Made by a program: the position numbers and the translations under genes. 64,000 nucleotides of DNA from Psammoneis japonica (lineage: Eukaryota), in contig QPGO01000020.1 of assembly GCA_008632985.1 (NCBI GenBank), forward strand, positions 62,001 through 126,000. The letters run 5' to 3'. Positions 37,011 to 47,815 of the stretch are shown here, piece after piece (the first letter of the stretch is position 1; each line of letters opens with the position of its first letter). Below the pieces are notes generated by a model. That model was not told the DNA's origin. It made no database searches and saw only the letters and a program-made list of their open reading frames with translations.

Positions 37011-38930
37011 TCATCTCCCGCCAAGGTGTCGCCCTGCTTCTTCGGTTCTGAAAAATGAAAAGTTCACACAGAGTGCGCTCAGTAAGGTGAATGCTAAGCA
37101 CAAGCAAGGAGAGCTGCCGGCATGATTTTTACCTTCAGCGCCAGGAGAGAAAAACAAACGACTAGCCCGGGCAAGCCATCCTCCTTTGGTTGGCGCTTCT
37201 TCTTTTTTGACATCGTTGCTGGCCTCTACGGGTGGCACGGCATTGTCCTGTTCCTCCGCAGAAACAAAAGATGAAATCGATTCCGCATCGTCAGCACTCA
37301 CTTCCAGCTTCACACTGTCACCCGCGGATTCAGGCGAGGTCACCACGGTTTCAACTACGACAGCTCCAGCGCCGGCGTTGCTGTTGTTGGTCGGGGGAGA
37401 CGCATTTCCTGCAAAAGCGTTGTTGTTATTGTTGGCCATAGGAGTCGTAGTTCCAGCAACGACGTTGCCGTTGTAGGCCGCAGGTGCGTTGTAGGCCACA
37501 GGAGAGGCCGGAGGAGAATAGCTTGAAGAACGCCTGTCTTGTGGGGCCTTGTATGGAGTTGTATTTTCGATGATGACCTTCGGTTGGGCACTCACACTGT
37601 CGCCCGCGGATTCAGGCGAGGTCACTACGGTTTCAACTACGACAGCTCCAGCGCCGGCGTTGCTGTTGTTGGTCTGGGGAGTCGCATTTCCTGCAAAAGC
37701 GTTGTTGTTATTGGTGGCCGTAGGAGTCGTAGTTCCAGCAACAACGTTGCCGTTGTAGGCCGCAGGAGCGTTGTTGGCCGTAGGAGAGGCCAGAGGAGAA
37801 TCAAATGTAGGGCGTCCGCCTCGTGGGGCCTTGTATGGAGTTGTGTTCTTGACGATGAGGTCCTGCTTGGCGTCTATCTTCTTGACTGCAGCGTTCGTTT
37901 CACTGAGGAGCGTAGTATGTTGCGTCACAAGTGCAAGCAACGTCATCTCCTTTTCGTAATTCATCTTCCTCTCCTCTTGTTCCCTCTCCCTCTCCATCCT
38001 GTCCTTTTCGAGTCGCATCTCCTTCTCCTTGAACGCACGTTCTTCACGTGCACGCTCCTGTTCGCGTTGCATCTTCATCTCCTCGTGTGCACGTTCTTCA
38101 CGTAAATTCGCCTGTCGAAGCAGCTCCTGAACATTAAACTGCTGATCAGATGGATTGTGGAGCACCACGGCACCGCCCTCGTTGCTGCCATCATGGATGC
38201 TATCATCGTCCCCGTTGTCCGTTGGAGGAAGTAGAGCAGCACCCGTGCGGGTGTGCATTTCTTCGTTCGTCGGCTCCGTCAAGCACCACTGCTTGATGAT
38301 GTCATACTTGGCGTGCACGCGTTTGGGGATTGCGCTCTTGACAAACGCTTCTGCACCGTTGATGAGATCGTCATGCACAAGTGCCCTGCCGTTATCGAAC
38401 GACCCACCCACACAACGGTACAACCAACGGACGAGTTGAATCGGGTCCAGGAAGGGTATCCAGTGCCCCGCTTTCTTCCACATTACAGCCACCGTCTCGT
38501 CACCCTCACCTTTCCTGGTTACTTTGACTGCTGACTGCAGAAGATAGAAGTGGTCAACATCTGGCAGAGCAGCCAGAGCAGCAGGAGCAAATCCGTGGTT
38601 GACTTGACGGTCAGTCAAAGTTGCTCCACCTCGAGCCTCCACCTGCTCCTTGGTTAGAACAATGGTGACTGATCTCAACTGATACATGTGCTCGTGAAAT
38701 TCAAAGTGTCCAGCCGCCTTCCGGTCGTCGTATTGTTCCTGGCTGACGACTCGGTCGTGCACGTCTACGATGAGTTCAGTCATTGTTTGGAATCGGGACT
38801 TCTCTTTTTTGGCTCGACCTTTTGCAAACGCCTCCTTCACCATGTAGTTTTGACCAATCTTGTAGTCATGGCCATGGTGCTTGGTAGTGTCAAAGGGCTT
38901 CGACATTGTCTTTCGTCGAGATGCAGTCAA
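37011..38930 (-). CDS. Hypothetical protein with a coiled coil and a 94-aa internal duplication; possible 3' intron 37132-37048
   Basis: 639-aa ORF with normal composition. E/R/K-rich coiled coil. 282-bp tandem duplication. Confidence 0.6.
   Translation of the reverse strand: MTASRRKTMSKPFDTTKHHGHDYKIGQNYMVKEAFAKGRAKKEKSRFQTMTELIVDVHDRVVSQEQYDDRKAAGHFEFHEHMYQLRSVTIVLTKEQVEARGGATLTDRQVNHGFAPAALAALPDVDHFYLLQSAVKVTRKGEGDETVAVMWKKAGHWIPFLDPIQLVRWLYRCVGGSFDNGRALVHDDLINGAEAFVKSAIPKRVHAKYDIIKQWCLTEPTNEEMHTRTGAALLPPTDNGDDDSIHDGSNEGGAVVLHNPSDQQFNVQELLRQANLREERAHEEMKMQREQERAREERAFKEKEMRLEKDRMEREREQEERKMNYEKEMTLLALVTQHTTLLSETNAAVKKIDAKQDLIVKNTTPYKAPRGGRPTFDSPLASPTANNAPAAYNGNVVAGTTTPTATNNNNAFAGNATPQTNNSNAGAGAVVVETVVTSPESAGDSVSAQPKVIIENTTPYKAPQDRRSSSYSPPASPVAYNAPAAYNGNVVAGTTTPMANNNNNAFAGNASPPTNNSNAGAGAVVVETVVTSPESAGDSVKLEVSADDAESISSFVSAEEQDNAVPPVEASNDVKKEEAPTKGGWLARASRLFFSPGAEGKNHAGSSPCLCLAFTLLSALCVNFSFFRTEEAGRHLGGR
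37311..37858. repeat. 282-bp tandem duplication inside the ORF
   Basis: cacactgtc.cccgcggattcaggcgaggtcac starts at 37311 and again at 37593. Confidence 0.9.
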
Positions 38931-39239
38931 TGAAATGGCCGTTCGCTGCTCGTTGCGAATGAAATGACCGTTCGCTGCTCGCTGCCTGCTACGAAGTCAG
39001 AAGATGGCTGCCGAAGATTTTTTCGAGTTCTTTTCGATCGGCTAATTTAGTCTACCATCGGCTAATTTAGTCGCAGTAGGAACTACGGTACGGCAGGATG
39101 CTGGTGCCGAATCAATGAAGTACAAGTATTATTGAGCAACTAAGCTACCTCTACTGTTACTCTCCGTTAGCTACTAGTTACTCTCTAGTATCTTCAGATT
39201 CGACTTGCATTTCTTGTCGTTCCTTGTCGCTGCTACTTC

Positions 39240-40964
39240 CCCAAAAATCTCCATTCGCATTGACTACAGCTTTTTGTACGTCTCTCATATAGCCATAACA
39301 TCACGCCGGGTCGCTTTGAAACTCGAAAAGTGGTAGACGGATCAAAAGTTCTTGGATAGATCTTCCTTGGGATCCCAATATGACTTGCAAAAGCTCTTGA
39401 GCAATCGGTATCTTGCAAAGCGATCACGTGCATTCTCGTCCCCGTTGAGTTCCACAAGTCCTCGTTTAAATCGCGGCGTCCTTGTTCAACTATCGGTAGG
39501 GCCTTGCGTTCCTCCGCCAATACTTCCATATCATCCTAGTCCTCCAAGGCCGTTTTGGTCTTCTGATTGAGCGCCTGAGCAACCTCCCATGATCCAATTC
39601 GTCTTGCAAGGCCGAATCGTTTGTCACGGCATCGAGCCACGCGGATTGGCAGTCGAACCATCCGGCAGGACGAGCCACTGCCGACCCGTCACCGACCCCC
39701 TCGTCGTCGTCGTTATCATCCACGGGATCCACGGCTTCATCAAAACCAATTTTAAGTTCTGTTCTCCCTCAAGAGCATCGGATGTCGCCAGCGTCGTGAG
39801 ACTTTCTCGCTTGGACGGATCCGACCGTCGTATTCCTCCTCTCTGGACTCATCCACGGCATTTGCCCTCTTTTGCTTGTGTCCAAGCGGACTTGGTGCTT
39901 CTTTGTACAGGCTTACAGGCAAACGTTCCCATGTGAGGAACGTGAACGAGAGAATTCACATTCCATGGGATGGAACCACGACAAAGCCCGTGAGTTGGAC
40001 AACTACAGTAGAAGTAGTTGCTCTGCATTGTACGTGGTTGCGTGCGAAACAAGGTACGTTCGTGGAGCTTCGGCAATCCGATTGGGTGGCGAAGCTGCCA
40101 TGTTGCAGAGCTTCCACACCAAAACAGTGGAGGACGACTGACTGCTTGTCGCGGTCGTGACAGCCGTGCTATCCTCATACATGTCATCCACGTCTTGATC
40201 CAAACTCGTCAAGTCAATTCTCATCACCTTGTCATGGTCTGGAACAACCTAGGTAGTCGCAAACCGCGACACGAATCGTTTGAGATCCATTTGTCGTTCA
40301 GTGCGGATCGTCGTACACTCTTCCTCGGTGGGTTCTTCTTCCTTGACCGCGTGCGCCAAGACGGTGATGAGAGTGGAAAGTCCCTGAGCCTTGACGCCGG
40401 TCAAGATGGAAACACCTCGTTCGCCAATCAATTGATCCCCGTTTCTTCCAATCGTCGTAGGTCCACACGATCCATCGCTGCTGTGCCCATGTTAATGGCG
40501 AAGCACTGCGGTGGCTTCAGTAACAACAATCCATCCACCCAAGTCGCAGCCTCTCTACTGCTCCTTTTCCGTCCTTTGAACATTGTACTATGCCGTAGTG
40601 GCGGTGCTATTGTCATCATTGTTGCCATGAGACGCAACCTTGTCAGCGACGTTCAATAAAAAGCGACTCGACAGTCCGTTCGATTTTGGTGTTCACAAAC
40701 GCACACTTCCAACCAGTCGCGGTGCCTGTGTTGTTGTTGCCGGACCAACAATGCCTCGCCTTTTATCCACCAGAGCATGGCGACTGGCTTGTCGTCGTTG
40801 TTGAATGCGACGACGACGATTGGCTTTGGTATTCTGAATCGCTTTGGAATGCTACAAAGACTTGGGTCTTCCGTTCTTTTTCCTACAATCGTTCCGGCAT
40901 TTGAGCGTTTGTCGCGCTTGTTGCTCTGCTTCAAACCACCGGCTCAATGATGATGAGACGGCAT
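39240..40964 (-). pseudogene. TSR1: Truncated pseudogene of pre-rRNA processing factor TSR1
   Basis: Minus-strand pieces: MPSHHH*AGGLKQSNKR, KAQGL, WNVNSLVHVPHMGTF and ARDRFARYRLLKSFCKSYWDPKEDL. These match TSR1/Bms1-family motifs. Stops and frameshifts are present and the C-terminal domain is missing. Confidence 0.8.
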
Positions 40965-41299
40965 GGCTGCGTCTCTTTCTTTTATGTCTGCAGCACACTC
41001 TACCTTTCGTCTCCATTGGCGCTGTAAAGTGCCGTAAGCTCAAAAATTGCCTCTTGCGCCTTGCGCTCTTGCTTTCTTTGGTTTTAAAGAACAATCCGCG
41101 TCGTAGTCGTGCATGTAGAGCGAGATTGTTGGCGTACTTCTAGAATCCCGATGGCGCCATGACCTGTTCCTTTTCCAGCCGGTCGAGTGACGGACGAACT
41201 TTTCAATGTTGCAATGACTAAAACAATCATGCATTCGTTCTGCGGAGAGCTTTCCGGCATTTGCTGCACCCCATGATGCTTTGCCAGTGGACGAGTTCC

Positions 41300-44200
41300 A
41301 GTGGCGCCACGTTGTCAGGAACAATTCCCACTTCCATGAGTTTGACTGCAATGAGCGAGACTCAATCTTTGCAATCAGACTTCTTTGGTGCTGTGTGCAG
41401 CGTGCCTGCACTCCTCCTCGGCAGCAAAAAAAATGCAGCCTCTTCTGGATCATGACATTCCAGCATTCCCACAATGTTGCACTTTTTTCTAAATGCACAA
41501 ATCCTTCCCTGCAAGCCTGCTTTTCTGTGAGACTCAATGGCTTTTTTTGCTCTTCTTTTGTCTCTCTTCTTTGGGCTTGCTCTCTTGTGGCAAGCAAACA
41601 GCCGGCATGGCACATTTCAACCCACAAAGACGTGGCACTCTGGCAGACAGGTTCACAAAAGTGACATCCCTTCCAAGCCTTGCAAACCCCACAAACTGTT
41701 CCAAATGATGCTGGGCTGGTTTTGTCCAGTCCATTGCACTGCACCAGCTCAGCCTCTGCCAAGAAGGGGTCTTTTCTGAGTGTTCTGCTTGGCACAGCAA
41801 AAAAGGCGTCTTTTTCATTTGTGCATGGTTGGGCACACTGACAAGACCTGCTGCAGCGCACCCAGACAAGCAGTTTTTCTCTTCATTTTCCATTTTCATT
41901 GTGCCAAAAAAGCGCCACAACCAGACTGAAACTCCTCAGTTCTTTCAACGTTCTTCGTTTTTTGCAAACCTGAGACAGAGTTTGAACAGGATTTCAGTTG
42001 TGCCCAAGTGTTCATGGTCTGTGGCTCAGTTTTTACATGCAGGTTGGTGTGCTGTGTCAGCTCCACACATGTTCACACTGTGTCTTGGTGGGCACGACAA
42101 TGCGCAGCTCTGCTTTTGAGCCATGCACAGCTCTTGCACTGCAAACAATTGTGCGAATCATGTCCATGAAGGGTGGTTGTTGCCCCAGGCACAAAATTCA
42201 AGCTTTGAGCATGAAGAGACTGCAGAAAATGCACCAGCCATCATGAATGCCCAGTTTGCATGGGTTGTGTGGCACAGTGTGCCACAGGGGTCATTTTGAT
42301 GAAAAGATGCTGGGGGGTGACTCAGATGACTGAAATGAGACTTTCAACACCACACACACCAAGCAGAGTGACACATGTGCAAAGAGAGAATGTTGCTTTG
42401 AGCAAAATGCTGCTGAACCTTTGCATGTGCAAATCACCTTTTGGCACCTGTGGGGCAGTTTCTGGTGCATGGAAAAACTCATCTGCTGTTTGACAGCAGC
42501 AAGGTGTGTTGTTTTCTTTGCTGCTGTTTTCAACCATTTTCTGTCAGATTGACAACAGCCTTGCTCATGTGCAAGTTTTTCCTTCTGAGCACATGAAGTG
42601 TCTCCACCATCAACATTTCTCTGATTTTGGTTTTTTTTGCCCCCAGTGGAAGTTCACTTGGATTTCTTCATTGCTGGGCACACCCAATCAGAGTGTCATC
42701 AGCAGGAGGTGTTCATCATTTGGGCACCCTTGTCACAGCACTTGTGTGCCAGATTGTTGGAACTTCACATCCATGCTGCTGGACATGGATGCATGACAGA
42801 CCAGCCAGCCCCATTTGCTTGGGCCAGCACAACCACTTCGCTTTTTGCATGCTTTGCATGCACACATGTTCACTCCAGCCCTGCCCTGTTGCGTGCTGAG
42901 CCCACACTGCTGCTGCCCCATGTCTGCCCCAGACCCAGATCTGGGCTGCTGGTCCTCTGCAGTTTCTGTTGGGTCCATGAGGACACCTGCTGTGGGGAGA
43001 AGCAAGAACCTTGGTTGCAGTCTGCATTGGGGGTTGACGGTGTTTTCCCTCATTTTTGTTTTTCTGTCCTCTTTTGTTCTCTGATCAGGTCATCCGGCCA
43101 GCACAAAAACTGAGAAAGGCTCAAGGGACTTGTTCACACCTGCCTCTTGTCAGCTTGCTTGTTGCAGGGGCCATCAACCCCCAAAGTGCAGCCAGCTGCA
43201 GATGGGCTGGCACAACCAAACTGGCCAGACAGGAAGCTCAGTGCTTGACTGTGAACAGAGCAGAACAGCCCAGTGGCTTCTGAGTTGTGGCATGGACCAA
43301 GATTCAAGTCAAGCCAAGCTTCAAGCCACATCTCTTTTCTGCCCCTTCTGCTGGTGCTGCCATGGCTTTCATCAACAACAGTCAATGGAGGGCTTTGAGC
43401 ACATGATTGGTGCCATGTGGGCCCAAGCATCTTTGCTCTGCCCTGGCCTTTGGCAGGTCTGGTTTCCATGAGGATCTGCTCTCATTTGCCCAAGCTGCTG
43501 TTGCTGCCCTGGTCTGCAATGATGGTGAAAATTGCTCCTCCCTGCTGCCATGTGGTTTCCAAGGCTTTGCTGGCCACCATGATCAGTCTTTGCACTGTGA
43601 AAGGTTGTGCCAGTGCCAACATGCAGAGTGGTTTGCTCATGACAAGCTTCAGGAGTGCCATCTGCAGGGCCCCCCTCTGTGCCCACTCCCAGTTCTTCAT
43701 TGCCACCCAAGCCTCAAGACCCTGTTCATGACTTCAAACACACGGCATCAAATGCGACCCAGTGCAGCAGGCATCCCTGCCGCAGCCACCAATGATGCTG
43801 CTTTCCTGCATCCGCAAGCTGTCTGCAGTGTTGCTGATCCTGCAGAAGTGCACATTGGAAAATGCAACTCCTCCTGTCACAAGACCCATGATGGGCTGCA
43901 GGAGTTCCACGCAACTGAGACCAGCGGGCAAGTGACTCACCTTGTGTGAAAAGTCTGCAGTCTGCGCAGGATGTGTGGAGTGCCAAGCATGACTGATTCT
44001 GTGCAAGGACTCAAGCTCCAGCGCATGTCTTGCTGTTGCGCGCACACATGCTCTGCACAAAACAATTCCACAAATGATTTTTCTGTGTGACCTGTGTAGG
44101 AACAGGGTCCAAGTGCTTGATCACAGAGTTTTTGGTGTTGTAAAAAATCATTTGTGAGATTGTTTTACACAGAGCATGTGTGTGCATGACAGCGAGACAT

Positions 44201-45750
44201 GTGGAGCTTGAGTCCTTGCATGGAATCAGCCACAGTTGGCACTGCTTGCATCCTGCACAAACCCTTCATGCAAGGTGAGTCACTTGCGTGATGGCAAGTT
44301 GTGCTCCCACAGCTCATCATGGGTCTCATGCTGGGAGTCATGTTCTCCAATGTGTGCACTGCTGTGAGATCAGCATTGCTGCAGACAGCCTGCAGACACA
44401 GGAAAGTGGCGTCATTGGTGGCTGCAGCAGGGGTGCCTGCTGCACCAGCTTCTGTCATGACCCTCAAGTCTGACTGGCAGTCAAGCCCATGCACAGGACA
44501 TCTGAAACATGATTCAAAGCACACAGCCCTTCTGCTGCTAAAGAGAAAGCCCTGTTCCAGGAACAGTGGGAGCACATGGTTGCTGCATTTGAGCACATCT
44601 TGCCAGTTGATGAAAAGCAAAGCCCTCACTCATGAACATGCCTCTTTGTCAGATGCTCAGGTTGTCCATGACCACAAGTCATCTCTGAGCATGCTCTTTC
44701 ATCTGCTTGTGCTTCTCTTGAGTCATCTGCTCAGCTCAGGCACCTCACCACTGTCCCCCATCTTGGAAATGGAGTGTGGAGGAAAGGCCCTCTGTGCAAG
44801 GCTTTGTTCTTTGCTGACAAGATCAGCTGCACAAGTGTGAAGCCTTGGTCCCTGTCTTGGACCGCTTTTCTCCAGGCCAGAAATGCATCATGCCAGAGAA
44901 TGCCGCCCATGCTGTCAAAGAGCACTGCACTGTCAAAAATCAAGCTGGCCAGTGCAGCACTTAGAATGGCCACACAGAGACACAGACACTCATGGCACAG
45001 AAATGACCACACAAAATGACTTTGATGAGGTGAGCTTGCGGCATCATTTTTGCATTGAAAATGACTTCAGAGCAGGTGCCAAAAGAGTGTGCTGGCTGGA
45101 AAAGATGTTGCAAAAGCTCTTGTGTGTTGAAGATTTTTGCTGAAATTGCTGCAAGTTTGCCACTGCTGAGCTGGGCAAAAGAGAAGTGTGGTGACTGCAG
45201 ACTGAGCAAAATGCGATCCGTGTGAGAGCTCAAATGGCTTCACCTTTGTCATGATGATGTGAAAAGTGGCAGCTGCTGCTGTGTGTGGTGGTGTGCTCAT
45301 GGAGGTTTGTGCTCAGGGCACCTCCAAATTTTTGTGCACCCAGTGCCTCAGATGAGTGTGCAAGAGTGCTGATGACACACACACACACACACACACACAC
45401 AAGTTGACAAGCTTGTTGCCACGCATGCTGTCTGGTGCCAGAAAGCATGCGTGGCTCAACATTGCAAGCAACATTCCCGGTCTCGAGGGGTGCAGCAGTC
45501 TTTGCACAGCTGGGCAGCATGCAGGGCACATGGCTGGCAAAAAGGCAAGCAACCTTGCCAGCCAATTGTGAAAACAGCAGCAGTGTGAGTGAAAATCATT
45601 CAGCCCCGATTTGGCTTGTGGCGGTGACGCCCCTTTGCCCAGCAATCAACCCAGCAGTTTGCTTGAAACAGTTTGCTGCCCCGCCAAAACCCAGAAAGTC
45701 TCTTCTTGTAAGAAATGATCAAAAGTGGCTGCGGGGGCACATTTGAACAT
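41300..45750. repeat. Degenerate repeat block, depleted of TpA and CpG
   Basis: Same composition as the other TE blocks. Contains a long inverted repeat and a (CA)n run at ~45375-45401. Confidence 0.6.
43763..44444. repeat. Long inverted repeat, arms ~43763-44082 and ~44143-44444
   Basis: gcaaggactcaagctcca vs tggagcttgagtccttgc; caagtgactcacctt vs aaggtgagtcacttg; cacaaatgattttt vs aaaaatcatttgtg. Confidence 0.88.
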
Positions 45751-46054
45751 TGGCGTGGACAAAATCCATGAATGTAATGTGGGGCCCAGCCAGTAGACAG
45801 CGGCAGCAGCACGTGTCCGCATCCTTCGGATCGAACTCTTCTCATGAGTCACCCCCATCAAGAGGCTGTTCCAGGCCTTGAACAGGCCCCATTTGAATTA
45901 GCCTTTTTGTCCTAACGACCCCTCCGCGCGCTCCAGAGCCACGCATTTCCAAAAAAGCCTTTTTAAGAGCCGTACAATAGGCTCCAAAGCGATCGGCATT
46001 TTGATTTGGCACACAGGGAGCAAAACGAGAGACAAAGCAAACCACAACTATACC

Positions 46055-46798
46055 ATGAAGCTTCTCAACTACTCTTACGCCGTACCGGCAATTGTCGCCT
46101 TGCTTACGATGGGGGCTGTCATCGTAAATGCTGAGGGCGACGATCATGTACATGAAAGTTGTGCTTGTGCCGCCAAAGAAGAAGGCTTCGCGATCAACTG
46201 CGGAAACCAAGCGGCCATGACTGCTGCTGAGGCGGCCCTTAGCGCGAACGATTGCTTGACGGACTGCAGCTCGGAGGTTTGTCACCGCAACTTTCTCATT
46301 ATTCAGTCTCATCACGACTACTGTCTTGAGGCGGAACTTCCGCCGACCCTTGAAGACGCCTTGCATATTTACGAAGACAACTGCGATCACTGTGAGATCG
46401 CGAGCAAGTTTGACCCCTCCCTTGAAACCTGCTCTGAAGTCACATGCTCAGATGAGGTGGGCGCTAATGCCCATACAGCCCTTACGGCCGCAGGTTGCGC
46501 CTCCAACTGCTCCAAAGAGGAATGCAGTGAAAACTATCGCATCCTCAAGGTCGTCCACGACTCTTGTCCGGAAGATACTCTAACGACTGTCTCTGAAACC
46601 AATTTCCACGACATGGAAGAAGTGTGCGATGAGTTCTGGGGCTGCAACTTGCCAGGAACGAATGAATCCACTAATGCGGAAGCTTTGGTATGTGACGAGT
46701 TGAACGATCCGACCGAAGCTCCCTCTGCTGGTGCAAAGACGTCCATCGCCTTGTCCGCGGCTGCCACTGGTGCTGCCTTGATGATGGCATTGTCCTAA
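46055..46798 (+). CDS. Secreted Cys/His-rich protein with two internal repeats and a probable GPI signal, 247 aa
   Basis: Signal peptide. Two C...C....C..N(F/Y).I....HD.C....L....E...H..E..C modules. Hydrophobic C-terminal tail. Normal TA/CG content. Confidence 0.85.
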   Translation: MKLLNYSYAVPAIVALLTMGAVIVNAEGDDHVHESCACAAKEEGFAINCGNQAAMTAAEAALSANDCLTDCSSEVCHRNFLIIQSHHDYCLEAELPPTLEDALHIYEDNCDHCEIASKFDPSLETCSEVTCSDEVGANAHTALTAAGCASNCSKEECSENYRILKVVHDSCPEDTLTTVSETNFHDMEEVCDEFWGCNLPGTNESTNAEALVCDELNDPTEAPSAGAKTSIALSAAATGAALMMALS

Positions 46799-47815
46799 GC
46801 TTTAAGGGAAGGTCTAAAGACAGGTGCAGTGCCTGTTCTTTGACAATACGTTGTAACATAGGGCTGCATCTATTTTTATAAATCGTTAGACTACGGCATG
46901 GCTAGGGTAGCCTGTACAGAATGCGTGTCCCGGAAATTGGCCGGCCATGGCGCAATGTGGAACCAACAAACTAGAATTGCTGCTTTCGGCAGCGACAATT
47001 TTGGAGCAGCTGCTTGTACCACGATGGCTCTGCTCACTCTGACATGCACAGGTCCACAGTTCTGCATGCCAGTGCCAAGCTCCGCAGCTGGTGTCAACAC
47101 AGCTGCTCTTTCAAGCTTTCAAGTTGCGTGGTGGTTGCAGCTTGCACCACACATCCAAATGTGAACTCATGCCATGACTGGCCAAAGTCAGGAGTGAGAC
47201 TTTCACAGTGATTTTGTCAGCAGCAGTGCTGGCTGTTGTTGTTGATGTGGCTGAAGCTGCTGTGTTAAAAAGATCCAAGGTTTGAAAATAAATGAGTTGA
47301 CTCAAATGACTGGTCAACTCTCTCTCTCTCTCTCCCCTTGCCATTCACACCACATGTGCCTCTCTTCTTGTCACCACAAAAGAGGGGCTCATTTCCACCT
47401 GCAAGAGACACTTCTTGCTGCAAGAGAGCTTCACATCACAACACACTCTCGTTGCTGGTGTGCAAAATGGTGCCGCACAATGCCAAATGTCACTCCAGTG
47501 CTGCAATCCTCCAACCCACAGAAGCACAACCCACACAAGTCCTGCTCTTTTTAATGGCACAAAAGAGAGGTGCCACCAAACAGAAAGGGTTCATTCTCGC
47601 TGCACCTGGGTCATTTGCCTGCTGCTGGGGCACCAGCATCATGAGCCCCTTGGCAACAGAGGAGGACACAACGAACAAAAATGCTTGAGAAAGCAGTGGG
47701 GGGCAGAGAGGGAGACAAAACATGTGTGCATCCAGATGCTGGCAGTGCAGTGCAGCAGCGCAGTGTGCTTTTCTTGCTGCTGCTCCCTTGCGATGCTTTC
47801 ATCACTCACAAAACG

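Noticed and set aside
45375..45401. (CA)n as a converted (TA)n tract
   Set aside because: A pure CA run fits ordinary slippage; conversion would give mixed TG/CA.
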